A stretch of DNA of 64,000 nt from the IMG/VR virus record IMGVR_UViG_3300014631_000001, positions 19,662-83,661 of that record; one strand, 5' to 3'. Position 1 is the first letter of the stretch. The number at the start of each line of letters is the position of its first letter. Shown here piece after piece: positions 18,428-27,935 of this stretch. The translations under genes were made by a program, and so were the position numbers. The notes under the pieces were generated by a model that saw only the letters and a list, made by a program, of their open reading frames with translations, searched no databases and had not been told where the DNA came from. Source of the DNA: a virus (taxonomy: Duplodnaviria > Heunggongvirae > Uroviricota > Caudoviricetes).

Positions 18428-20656
18428 ATGAAAAATAAACAGAAAATAAGAAAAGAGGTTCAGACATTTCGCGAGAGTGTTCGCAAAGTTGTTGTCATGC
18501 TCTCCGGGAAGGATATTCCTGTGGCGGAACGTGGCAGCCGTGCATACGTCGAATATAACAAGGATGGTACACCTTACATGGTGAACCTTCCATCGCTACC
18601 AGATGATGCGACTGATGGCCTTATGAACGCGATCCGTGGCTTCCTTGACCATGAAGTCGCTCACCTCCTTTTCACTGACTCAAAGCTGGCATTTAACCTG
18701 CTCGAAAAGAAAGACAGCCCAGCCTTCCCTCTCTGGAATGCTGTTGAAGACACCTTCATTGAACGACGCATGGGAGAGGTTTTTTCTGGTTCTAAACGCA
18801 ACCTTGTCAACACGCAACGTCATGTAATTGAGAAACTTTTAGTTCCGAAGGTGGATGAGGCACTAAAGGCTTTGTCACGTAACCCCCGAGATCTCTTTCT
18901 AAAGTTCCTGCTAATGCCAGCTTTACGTGCCTGGGCAGGACAAACGCCTTTCATCGAGTTCATGGAGCCGTATTGGGGCTTTGTTCGCGATCCTGTATCA
19001 AAGCTAACTAAAGCTGGTGTGCCGGCTGCTGTGCCATTGTTAATGAGCACCGAAGACTGCATTAAGCTGGCAGCCCGCATTTCACTAGCTTTAAAGGAAG
19101 ACATGGAGAAGCCAGAAGGCAAATCTGGGTCTGGTGATTCAGAAGAAAACGATAAGGAAAATGATTCGCCTGATTATGTAGGTAGTGAGCAACCTACTAA
19201 ACCAAATCATGAATCTGTTAGTGATAAGCCTGGGAATGATAAGGAAACGCAGGAAGAAGAGCCTGCTCCTGTAAATAATAGTAATGAGGATAATATAAAA
19301 GATAAGGAAGGAGGCTCTGAAACAGACTCTGACTCCAGCAACCCTAATGACTCCCAGCCTGAAGATGGCGACGATGAACCTGAGCAGTCTCAGCTTTTTG
19401 GTGGATTTGAGGGAGACTCAGATGACAATGACTCAGACGGTGAGCATCCCGAAAATGGCTCGGTTGCTGATGATGCGGATTCAACATCCAGCCCAGTTGA
19501 TCAACAAAGCTCACCTGGTGATTCAGATACTGATGGTAGTCAGGAAGCCACTCAGGGCGATTTAAGCGAAGAGGAAGGCGCAAAGGGTGATATCCCACTG
19601 GACGCTGCGTTTAAGGCGCTGGAAGGCACTGAGGTGGCTCCAGAGCAGGGTATGGAGGAAGCGCTCAACGAGGTAATGGCAAACGAGCTGAAAGGGGTGC
19701 CAAAAGGTTCATATCGCCCTTATCAACGCTCCTACGACTATATTGGCCCGATCGATGATGCCGAGAACCACCTTCGCAAAACCCATAAAGCCTTTGGCCG
19801 CATCCATCTTAATCGTGGCTTGAAGAATTGGCGTATCGATGATGAAGGTACCAAATTGTTTGCCTCGAATGTCGAGCATCGCCTCGCTGATGGGTCTGCG
19901 TCAACACTGGCCAAAGACCTTGAACGAGCCATTGCCAGTCGTAACAAAGTCCAGTTCATACCCGGTCAACGACGCGGAAAGGTGCATAGCGCCAATTTAT
20001 ACCGGTTGTCTATGAACGATGACCGAGTATTCCGTCGCAAAGAAGACCATAAGGCTGTAAATGCTTGTGTTCAGCAGGTTCTCGACTTATCAGGATCGAT
20101 GCAAGGCTCGAAAGTTTGGCTCGCTCTGGCTTGCGCCTACACAATTTCTGACGCGCTTGATCGCATCAATGTCCCGAACATCATTACCGGATTTACAACT
20201 GCAGGTTGTGATGTTGATGCAGCGAGGAAGATGGGTCGCGACTACAACCGCTATGAATCATTGATGCTTCCCACTATTAAGGGTTGGCACGAACGAGCAA
20301 ACACACCCACTACGCGCAAACGCTTAGGCTGCTTGTCAGAGAGATTCCCCCTTGAAGACAACGTTGATGGCGAATCAATTATGGCTTTGGCTCAGCACTT
20401 TGCAGGCCGCACTGAGGATAAGAAAATCATGCTTGTCATGAGTGACGGTGCACCAGCTGGGATCGGCCATGACTTCAGCGACCATCTGAAAGCAGTGGCG
20501 GAGTCTATTGAAGGCAGTGGTCTTATTGAACTAATGGGTATCGGCATTCTTACGGATGCTCCCAGCCGGTTCTACAAGAACCACGTTGAGGTTAAAAAAG
20601 TGGAGGACCTGGGCGCCACTGTTGTGAGGAAATTGTCACAATTGATACTTGGCTAA
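18428..20656 (+). CDS. vWA-domain protein, CobT-like, with acidic Asp/Glu/Ser-rich linker
   Basis: C-terminal vWA/MIDAS-like region (DLSGSM). Roughly 170-aa acidic low-complexity tract. Start chosen at the conserved AAAAACACATG motif. Confidence 0.7.
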   Translation: MKNKQKIRKEVQTFRESVRKVVVMLSGKDIPVAERGSRAYVEYNKDGTPYMVNLPSLPDDATDGLMNAIRGFLDHEVAHLLFTDSKLAFNLLEKKDSPAFPLWNAVEDTFIERRMGEVFSGSKRNLVNTQRHVIEKLLVPKVDEALKALSRNPRDLFLKFLLMPALRAWAGQTPFIEFMEPYWGFVRDPVSKLTKAGVPAAVPLLMSTEDCIKLAARISLALKEDMEKPEGKSGSGDSEENDKENDSPDYVGSEQPTKPNHESVSDKPGNDKETQEEEPAPVNNSNEDNIKDKEGGSETDSDSSNPNDSQPEDGDDEPEQSQLFGGFEGDSDDNDSDGEHPENGSVADDADSTSSPVDQQSSPGDSDTDGSQEATQGDLSEEEGAKGDIPLDAAFKALEGTEVAPEQGMEEALNEVMANELKGVPKGSYRPYQRSYDYIGPIDDAENHLRKTHKAFGRIHLNRGLKNWRIDDEGTKLFASNVEHRLADGSASTLAKDLERAIASRNKVQFIPGQRRGKVHSANLYRLSMNDDRVFRRKEDHKAVNACVQQVLDLSGSMQGSKVWLALACAYTISDALDRINVPNIITGFTTAGCDVDAARKMGRDYNRYESLMLPTIKGWHERANTPTTRKRLGCLSERFPLEDNVDGESIMALAQHFAGRTEDKKIMLVMSDGAPAGIGHDFSDHLKAVAESIEGSGLIELMGIGILTDAPSRFYKNHVEVKKVEDLGATVVRKLSQLILG

Positions 20657-20669
20657 GTCATGCCGATAA

Positions 20670-20693
20670 AGATAAGTAGGCAGCTACTTATCT
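20670..20693. promoter_or_regulatory. operator-like palindrome GATAAGTAGGCAGCTACTTATC upstream of the AAA ATPase gene
   Basis: Seen in the sequence. Confidence 0.45.
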
Positions 20694-20753
20694 TTTTATC
20701 TTAAAATTATTACTATAAGCACCAGATAAACAAAAACGAGAAAGGAAAAGCAC

Positions 20754-21977
20754 ATGAGCGCCGTCCAAGTCCAAGACACCCCAGCGAAGGAAACCATCAC
20801 CTGCCATTGGTGTTCTTGCGAGTTCCACCATCTTAAATCGCATCTGCAGGGCAAATGCACCGGCATTCCAGAAGAACATAAGAGCAGTGCCGTAGAAGAC
20901 ATCATTTCGGCGTACACCACTCAGTTCCCCGATGCGCCAACGATTTCACCTTTGGCCATTAAGACAATTCAGGCTCGTAAGCAGGAAATTCAAGCAGCTG
21001 AGAGCAAAGCGCCGACCGTTAAGGTTGGGTACATCGGCACTGAGGAATACAAAATCGAGATGGTGGCCGCGCACGAGCTGCTTGGCGTAGATCTTAAAAA
21101 CCTATCTACCGCGCTGAACCAGCCCCTCAAGGTATCAGTAAACGTAAACACTCCATTCCCAGAGTTCGTTCCGGTGGCCAAAGACAACTACGTATACGGT
21201 GACTTCGAGCTTATCAAAGATGTTCTGATGATGATGGAGCTGGGGATTCCAGGCTATCTGTGGGGTCATGCTGGCACTGGCAAAACCTCTCTCCCAACTC
21301 AACTTTGCGCTCTGATGAATCGGCCGGTCATCCGCTCGCAGCACACCGCTTCGACGGAAGAAGCGCATATTTCCGGGCAGATTCTGGCACGAGACGGTTC
21401 GACTTATTTTGAGCCTGGCTTGTTGGCACTGGCAATGCGTCACGGCTGGGTATATCTGGCAGATGAATACGACTTCGCATTCCCTCAAATTTTGGGCATT
21501 TACCAGCCAGTGCTGGAGGGTGAAGGGCTTGTCATCAAAGAAGCTACCCCAGAGTGGCGCCGCGTTGCACCGCACAAACGTTTTGCTTTCATCGCCACCG
21601 GCAACACAAACGGATCTGGAGATGAGACAGGACTGTATCAAGGTACAAACCTGCAGAACGCCGCCAATTTCTCCCGTTTTGGAATTGTCTCGAAAGTTCA
21701 TTACATGAGCCAGCGCGCCGAAACCAACATGCTGGTCAAGGCAGGCGCTACAGATGATTTCGCTCAGAAGCTGGTGCGCTTCGCAACGCTCATTCGTGAA
21801 GGCTATGAAACCAGCGTGATTTCACAACCAATTGGGCCGCGCGAGCTGCTGCTGTCTCTTCAGGTTGGGATTCGCCGCGGTGACATTCCAGCTGGTCTAC
21901 AACGCGCATTCATCAACAAACTCCCGTCAGCGTCTGCCCAGGCTGCGCGCGAGATTGCGGATCGCATTTTCGTATGA
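20754..21977 (+). CDS. AAA+ ATPase, MoxR/CbbQ/CobS-like
   Basis: Walker A LWGHAGTGKTS, Walker B VYLADEYD. Partner of the downstream vWA protein. Confidence 0.75.
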   Translation: MSAVQVQDTPAKETITCHWCSCEFHHLKSHLQGKCTGIPEEHKSSAVEDIISAYTTQFPDAPTISPLAIKTIQARKQEIQAAESKAPTVKVGYIGTEEYKIEMVAAHELLGVDLKNLSTALNQPLKVSVNVNTPFPEFVPVAKDNYVYGDFELIKDVLMMMELGIPGYLWGHAGTGKTSLPTQLCALMNRPVIRSQHTASTEEAHISGQILARDGSTYFEPGLLALAMRHGWVYLADEYDFAFPQILGIYQPVLEGEGLVIKEATPEWRRVAPHKRFAFIATGNTNGSGDETGLYQGTNLQNAANFSRFGIVSKVHYMSQRAETNMLVKAGATDDFAQKLVRFATLIREGYETSVISQPIGPRELLLSLQVGIRRGDIPAGLQRAFINKLPSASAQAAREIADRIFV

Positions 21978-22151
21978 GTAAAGGCTGCTTTGGTTCGCTG
22001 ATAGCAGCCTCTGAAACTAATCCCGTTTGCATGGCATGTTCAAGCAAGCGGGATTGCTTCGTTAAGGCTCAAGAGACCGCTATCAAGATTTACGGGAAGT
22101 TTGCAGGCTTTCCAAACGACAAAATAAAAAAGACAAGTAAGGCAAAAGCAC

Positions 22152-24509
22152 ATGAAAGCATTAATGGTACGAACTGACTTCTCCCTTGGTGAGTCGTCTT
22201 TGAAGGCAGAACGTGCGGTAGAGAAAGCCCGTGAAATGGGTTACTCGTCGGTGATCTCCGCTGACAGCATGAATCTGGCATCCGTAATCCCCCTGCAGAT
22301 GGCGGCTGGTGACGATGTTGCGGTCATTTGTGGTGTGAAGCTGAACCTGGTTGACGACCCCACATACGAGCACCGCGCTCGACTTGCTAAGGAGTCTAAA
22401 AGATGTATGGAATCATTAACGCGTGGGCGCAGCTATAGCTTCACGGCGCTTATCAAGAATGAGCAAGGCTATGTCGATTTGTGCGAACTGATGACGCTGG
22501 CAAACACACGCGAGCAGTTTTATCACGTTCCCCGTCTTGAGCTGCCGCAGCTGCTGGCTACGTTCGCTAAAGGCAACATCATTCTGCTGACCTCGGACAT
22601 GGGAAGCGTATTCCAGCGCCCGGACTTCGCGAAGATTATCGCCCAGCTGGTTCACGCTGGCGGCCGTGAGAACTTCTATTGTGCCGTTTATCCGATTGCG
22701 ACCCCACTCTATGACCAGTTAAATAGCAAAGCGCTGAAGGTGGCCAGTGCTCTCAAGATCGAGCCAGTGGCGTTCTACCCTGCTTACTATGAGGCGCCCA
22801 CTGACGCTGACATTAAAGACATCGCGCATATGGTGCTGAACAACATTAAAATCGACCAGCCGCACCGTATGCGAATCCCCTATCAGCGTGACAATGGTGT
22901 TAACGATCGCCGCCACTTACTCCAGCTGTTGAAAGAGTTCGCGGTACGGATGAGTGTTAACGTCACGCCAGCAATGGTCTCAACAACTCAGGACGCGATC
23001 ATTGATGCGTGTACATGGCGCTGGCACCCGCTGGAACCCGCTTTACCAACCATGGCAGATGATGAGCCAGCCACATTGCGAAAACTCGCTGTAGAGGGGC
23101 TGAGAAAGCGTCTTAGCACCAAAGAGTTCGGCTATGCACCACCAGCCACAATGCACCGTGATTATGTTGAGCGCCTGAAGTACGAACTTGATGTTTTAAC
23201 CCGCCTTGGCTTCTGCGGCTACTTCCTCATGGTTCACGACCTGATGAATTACGCTCGCGGTGCCGGTATTCCTGTTGGGCCTGGCCGTGGTTCATCCGCC
23301 GGCTCTCTTGTCGCCTGGTGCGTGGGGATCACAAACGTAGACCCTATTCGCCACGGATTGCTGTTCGAACGTTTCATCAACCCTGAACGTCTCGACTTGC
23401 CCGATGCTGATCTGGACTTTAGCCAGGCACGTCGCCATGAAGTTATTGAGTATCTGGGCGAGCGTTACGGGGAAGAATACGTCGCAGGCATTCCCAACTT
23501 CACATACCTCGGTGCAGCTTCAGCACTGCGCGATACCGCACGTATCTTTGGCGTGGACTCCGCTGATATGGCGGTATCTAAAGACCTGCGCTTTGTTGAT
23601 GACGATTCTCTGTCACTCGAAGAGATGCGCGAAGAGCTTTCCAGCCTGGACAAATACGCAGCTAAATACCCTGACGCTTTTAACGCGGCCACCAAACTGC
23701 AAAGTCTCATGCGCGGATTCGGCCGGCACGCAGCTGGCATGATCGTAGCCGGTGTGAAACTGACGGAGCGCACACCGGTAGAGCGACGCGGGGATGCGCG
23801 TGTAATCGCTTTTGACAAGCGTTACTGCGAATCCATGGGATTGATTAAGTTGGACGTGCTCGGCCTCGCTACGCTCGATCTGCTGGCTTATGCGCAGCAA
23901 TACGTGAAAGAAGCCACGGGCAGCGTGATTGATCTCGATGCAATTCCACTAACTGACAAGAAGGTTCTTGATGGCTTTGCCGGTGGTCACACCCAGGGCG
24001 TGTTCCAGCTTGAATCAGGTTCGATGCGTAAGCTGCTAAAGGATCTGGGCGGCGGCATTGATCCGATGAGCTTCGAAACAGTTGTCGCCACGACAGCATT
24101 ATTCCGACCTGGCCCGATCGAATCTGGAATGTTGGACAGCTACGTTTCGGTGGCCAAAGGCTTCAAAGAGGCTGATTCCATCCACCAAGTGCTCGATGGG
24201 CTGACCTCTGAGACCAATGGGGTAATTCTCTATCAGGAACAAACCATGAAGGCCACGCAGCTGCTGGCCGGCTTCACACTCGCGGAAGCTGATGGCGTCC
24301 GTAAAGCGATCGGTAAAAAAGACATGGAGAAGATGAAGAAGGTCGGTAACCAGTTTATCGAGCAGGCTCAGGCTGGCTGGGTAGAGGTGAAGCTGGAAGA
24401 CGGAACCACTCGCCAGTTCCACCGCGCGGAACACTTCAAATGTGCCGATGGCAAGCTGCGAACCATTGAAGAAGCAATGCACGATGGCGCCGACGTTCTG
24501 GGCATCTAA
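22152..24509 (+). CDS. dnaE: DNA polymerase III alpha (DnaE-type), N-terminal part (PHP, palm, thumb)
   Basis: Signature GFCGYFLMVHDLMNYARGAGIPVGPGRGSSAGSLVAWCVGITNVDPI...LFERFINPER. Confidence 0.85.
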   Translation: MKALMVRTDFSLGESSLKAERAVEKAREMGYSSVISADSMNLASVIPLQMAAGDDVAVICGVKLNLVDDPTYEHRARLAKESKRCMESLTRGRSYSFTALIKNEQGYVDLCELMTLANTREQFYHVPRLELPQLLATFAKGNIILLTSDMGSVFQRPDFAKIIAQLVHAGGRENFYCAVYPIATPLYDQLNSKALKVASALKIEPVAFYPAYYEAPTDADIKDIAHMVLNNIKIDQPHRMRIPYQRDNGVNDRRHLLQLLKEFAVRMSVNVTPAMVSTTQDAIIDACTWRWHPLEPALPTMADDEPATLRKLAVEGLRKRLSTKEFGYAPPATMHRDYVERLKYELDVLTRLGFCGYFLMVHDLMNYARGAGIPVGPGRGSSAGSLVAWCVGITNVDPIRHGLLFERFINPERLDLPDADLDFSQARRHEVIEYLGERYGEEYVAGIPNFTYLGAASALRDTARIFGVDSADMAVSKDLRFVDDDSLSLEEMREELSSLDKYAAKYPDAFNAATKLQSLMRGFGRHAAGMIVAGVKLTERTPVERRGDARVIAFDKRYCESMGLIKLDVLGLATLDLLAYAQQYVKEATGSVIDLDAIPLTDKKVLDGFAGGHTQGVFQLESGSMRKLLKDLGGGIDPMSFETVVATTALFRPGPIESGMLDSYVSVAKGFKEADSIHQVLDGLTSETNGVILYQEQTMKATQLLAGFTLAEADGVRKAIGKKDMEKMKKVGNQFIEQAQAGWVEVKLEDGTTRQFHRAEHFKCADGKLRTIEEAMHDGADVLGI

Positions 24510-24581
24510 CCGTTTAACGCAGCTTGGATGCCGTATTTAAGCTGCGAAAATTAATACATGGATTGTGATTAAGAGGCACCA

Positions 24582-25751
24582 ATGAAAGTTTTAGAGACGA
24601 TTTCCACGAAGCCCGGACTAAGCGACAGTAAAGCAAAAGAGATCTGGGAGGCGTTTGAGAAAAACGGGGCGTACCAGTTCAACAAATCTCACTCAGTGGC
24701 TTACTCGCTGATTAGCTATCAGTCGATGTTCATGAAAACGCACTACCCTGCCCAATTCTTCGCAGCAGCGCTGACTATTTTGGGTGATGACAAACATCAA
24801 GGGCTGGTCAAAGACGCGCTGAGCTTTGGCATTCGCATCTTGCCACCAGATGTAAACATCTCGACCAACCGCATTGAGATCCGTCAGATGAAAGATGGTA
24901 CGCAAGTGCTGTATGCGCCCTTCTCAGCAGTTAAAGGGTGCTCAGAGAATGGATGTCAGGCGATCATGCGCGCCCGGGCGAAAGTGGGAGGTCATTTCAC
25001 CGACATCATGCAGTTTGAAGAGGCGGTTGAGAAGCGCGCCTGCAACAGCCGTGTTCGTGATTCTCTCGATCGTGTCGGTGCATTTGCCAGCATCATACCG
25101 GGCAGCGTACCTGCAACTTCCGAAGAACGTCGCCGCGACCAGGCAGAGCTGATGGGGAATCTGGTGATCGATGCGGTTAAAGCGACACGCCAGTTTGAGA
25201 TGACCCCGAAGCGGCAGGCTGAAGTGAACGTATTGATGACGAATATGGCCGCTGAAATGGGGCTGGGTGATGAGCTTATTCGTCCGAGCATCGGCATCAA
25301 GCCGCGGCTGATGATCATCCTCGATAACGCTAACGGTAACGATGGCAAAACCGGTTACTTCATGGAAAACGGTTATGACGACTTCAAGGCGAAGTTGCTG
25401 GTAGCCGGTGATCTGAAGATGGGCGATCTGTACGTGACTGGCGTCTGCAAGAAGGTGAAGGACAAGGAAAAGGACTACACCAAAGACGAGTTAGGCCAGT
25501 TTAACGAGTTCATCAAAGCCGAGGTGGCTCTTGTGCGACCTACGTACATTCTTACGTGCGGTGCGAAGTCCACCAGCCTGTTTAACAACAAATCAAAGCC
25601 ATCAGATCTTGTTGGCCGGAAGGAGTATCTGCCGGAACTGGATGTCACGGTGTTCTATGGCTTCAACCCTAACATTCTCCACTTCCGCCCAGAAGAAGGC
25701 GAAAAGCTGGAGTTGATCCTCGCTGACGTTGCCGAGGCAGTTAATTCGTGA
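24582..25751 (+). CDS. dnaE: DNA polymerase III alpha (DnaE-type), C-terminal part (fingers to C-terminus)
   Basis: FNKSHSVAYSLISYQSMFMKTHYP matches the DnaE fingers helix. Own AAGAGG RBS and ATG 72 bp after the stop of the N-terminal ORF. Confidence 0.8.
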   Translation: MKVLETISTKPGLSDSKAKEIWEAFEKNGAYQFNKSHSVAYSLISYQSMFMKTHYPAQFFAAALTILGDDKHQGLVKDALSFGIRILPPDVNISTNRIEIRQMKDGTQVLYAPFSAVKGCSENGCQAIMRARAKVGGHFTDIMQFEEAVEKRACNSRVRDSLDRVGAFASIIPGSVPATSEERRRDQAELMGNLVIDAVKATRQFEMTPKRQAEVNVLMTNMAAEMGLGDELIRPSIGIKPRLMIILDNANGNDGKTGYFMENGYDDFKAKLLVAGDLKMGDLYVTGVCKKVKDKEKDYTKDELGQFNEFIKAEVALVRPTYILTCGAKSTSLFNNKSKPSDLVGRKEYLPELDVTVFYGFNPNILHFRPEEGEKLELILADVAEAVNS

Positions 25752-26008
25752 GTAAGCCTCACATCCTATATAGGGCTGATTTGCGCTGCCCAAACTGCAA
25801 ATCAGCCCCTGAAGTCATCAGAATGACCGATGAGAACGCAGAGCAATTTTGGTGGGAAGAGAAAGGCACGACATATCCCGTTTTATTACGCCATACAGAG
25901 CTAGCAGCACGCCATTGCCCATTCAGAACTGAGATCTACCATTTGACTCTCCCGCTGGCTATTGGCGTTTGGAAAGACGAAATTAAAAACAGGAAGCAAC
26001 GAAAATGA
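25748..26008 (+). CDS. small zinc-ribbon protein
   Basis: CPNC...HCPF. Confidence 0.4.
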   Translation: MSKPHILYRADLRCPNCKSAPEVIRMTDENAEQFWWEEKGTTYPVLLRHTELAARHCPFRTEIYHLTLPLAIGVWKDEIKNRKQRK

Positions 26009-26385
26009 CTATCGAATTGGCACCGGCGATGATTGAGAAAGCGTGCGAAGCAATTACCCGTTCTAACTTTTGGGAGTTTATCGACCGCACCATGACGCTT
26101 GAGCTGGCCGTAGCCAGCGCCAAGTATGACGGTGAACGTGCCCCTAATCGTCTCCGCAAGGCGACCAAAGCGATGCTGAAGGTCGTTTACGATCCTCTTA
26201 TGCGTCGTTTCGTTGAAGACATCAGTAGTTCGAGCAAGGCACTGGAAAAGCTTGAAGAGTTGAAAGCGTACCGAGACATTCTGGTGACAAAGGTTGCCAA
26301 TGAGTTTACCGAGGCTGAAAAGTTTGGGGACGTTGGGGAGTATCGCCGCCAAAGAGATGCGCGGTTAAATAAACAAGCTGCTTAA
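26005..26385 (+). CDS. hypothetical protein
   Basis: 126 aa, overlapping start and stop. Confidence 0.5.
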   Translation: MTIELAPAMIEKACEAITRSNFWEFIDRTMTLELAVASAKYDGERAPNRLRKATKAMLKVVYDPLMRRFVEDISSSSKALEKLEELKAYRDILVTKVANEFTEAEKFGDVGEYRRQRDARLNKQAA

Positions 26386-26394
26386 TTTAATAAA

Positions 26395-26417
26395 ATAGGG
26401 CTGACGCCCTATTTTTA
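26395..26417. terminator. hairpin ATAGGGCTGACGCCCTAT + T-run
   Basis: Seen between convergent genes. Confidence 0.6.
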
Positions 26418-26435
26418 TGTTTATGCTTAATTTAT

Positions 26436-26831
26436 TTATAATTTTTTATAGCCGGTTACTTTGGATGGATCTGATTTAAAATCAGACGCAGATATAGGGG
26501 TGTAGTCTACTAATAGTTGCCCATACTGCTCGCCGCCGCGGTTAATTTCAATTCTTCTGATAAAGCGAGGTAGAAACCCTGTCATATATTGTTTGCCATT
26601 GTCCAATTTTACCCATTTGCTTTCAGTCCACCAATCACTAAATTCCTGTGAGTTTTTATTAGTAGGGACTGTTTTAAAATAATGATCGTCTAGTACAGAT
26701 TTAAAATAATAGGGTTCAGCACCATCTGTGTCTTTGAAGTACAGTGCTATAAGACTAGCACCTGCAAGCTCTTCCATTTCCTGTTTGAAAGCTTCAGAAA
26801 CTTGCTTAGACGAGGGTTTTGTGTAAGACAT
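26436..26831 (-). CDS. hypothetical protein, AT-rich accessory gene
   Basis: 131 aa ORF. Confidence 0.5.
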   Translation of the reverse strand: MSYTKPSSKQVSEAFKQEMEELAGASLIALYFKDTDGAEPYYFKSVLDDHYFKTVPTNKNSQEFSDWWTESKWVKLDNGKQYMTGFLPRFIRRIEINRGGEQYGQLLVDYTPISASDFKSDPSKVTGYKKL

Positions 26832-26867
26832 GATTATCCTTTTTGAAAGTTTTAATACGGCTATGAG

Positions 26868-27299
26868 TTATCTGGCGAATATAATCTCGCCACGGTAAGC
26901 AACTGGATTATCCCAAGCTTCCTCTTCATTTAATAGATAAGTAATGATACTTATTGGATAAGCTGCATCCTTCATAAGAGAAAAATACCTATTAATTACC
27001 CTGTTATTAAAACCAATCTTTTCTTCGCCATTACCCTCAAGCCAAGCCGTAAGTTCTGAGTCTATAGGTCGCTTTAAATAACGCTCGTCTTTTAGAACGG
27101 CAGCAACCTTAAAATCGCTTGTGTGATGAGCAACGTGCAGAAAATAGATAGTTTTTAGATCTTCCCCAAACTCATCTTGGAGAACCTCGATGACCGCCTT
27201 TCGAATCTTTAACTTATCAATCGCCATTTCAGTTTCCTTTGAACAGACAATCTTCACAATAGGCAGAATGCTGCGGCCAAACTTTAGATCTGTTAACAC
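26868..27299 (-). CDS. hypothetical protein, AT-rich accessory gene
   Basis: 143 aa ORF. The true start may be the MAIDKLK internal ATG. Confidence 0.5.
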   Translation of the reverse strand: MLTDLKFGRSILPIVKIVCSKETEMAIDKLKIRKAVIEVLQDEFGEDLKTIYFLHVAHHTSDFKVAAVLKDERYLKRPIDSELTAWLEGNGEEKIGFNNRVINRYFSLMKDAAYPISIITYLLNEEEAWDNPVAYRGEIIFAR

Positions 27300-27370
27300 C
27301 TTACACCCTTAAAATCGTCCTGCCAACTTGAAGAGCTTTGTGATAAATTTCCCCAGATTAAAATAACCAA

Positions 27371-27814
27371 ATGGCTATCACGCAAATGAACAATATACTT
27401 GACCAAATAATAATCGATCTTGAGTTTAATCGCGATGACCTTGAGGCTGTCTGGCAACGACAACCAGTGCTGCTTATGCAGTACGGTGCAAGGCTGGCGC
27501 AAGCTGAAAGACAAGTGGCTGATGCTAAGCGCGGTCTGGATGCGGTTGAAGCCAAACTTTATGACACTCATCGTAAGGACTTGAGTATGAACGGCATCAA
27601 GTTCAATGAGTCAATCCTCGATGCCAAAGTAAAGACCAGCGTTAGCTACCTATCCCATCGGCAAAAGCTGGATGATGCTCGATACCTGGCTGACATGTAC
27701 AAACATGCCGTTGCAGCATTTAACCACCGAAAAGACATGATCGTGCAGGCATCTAAGCTCGCCATTATTGAAATCGAACGCATGGGCGCCGAGCGTTTCA
27801 ATCGCCCTTCCTGA
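27371..27814 (+). CDS. possible UvsY-like recombination mediator
   Basis: 147 aa helical protein. Loose resemblance to the T4 UvsY architecture (LL.QY...L..AERQVADAKRGLDAVEAKLY). Sits beside the SSB and UvsX genes. Confidence 0.3.
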   Translation: MAITQMNNILDQIIIDLEFNRDDLEAVWQRQPVLLMQYGARLAQAERQVADAKRGLDAVEAKLYDTHRKDLSMNGIKFNESILDAKVKTSVSYLSHRQKLDDARYLADMYKHAVAAFNHRKDMIVQASKLAIIEIERMGAERFNRPS

Positions 27815-27935
27815 CACCCTATTTTTATATCTGGAATATAGCTATCTAACTAGCTATCATGCTTTTGCTCGTTAGCGAGTCACGACTGCCCAAAGTGCAA
27901 TGCACCATCGGCCAAAAACAATAATGGAGAAACAC

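Noticed and set aside
19100-19600. Tandem DNA repeat in the vWA gene
   Set aside because: This is compositional (Asp/Glu/Ser codons) low complexity in a coding sequence. No periodic nucleotide repeat unit.
21135-21701. 188-aa minus-strand ORF
   Set aside because: Antisense to the AAA ATPase gene with its Walker motifs.
24509-24582. dnaE split as a frameshift pseudogene
   Set aside because: The second ORF has its own RBS and ATG exactly at a domain boundary, and the combined length is normal. It is kept as a finding and not called a pseudogene. Sequencing error cannot be excluded without reads.
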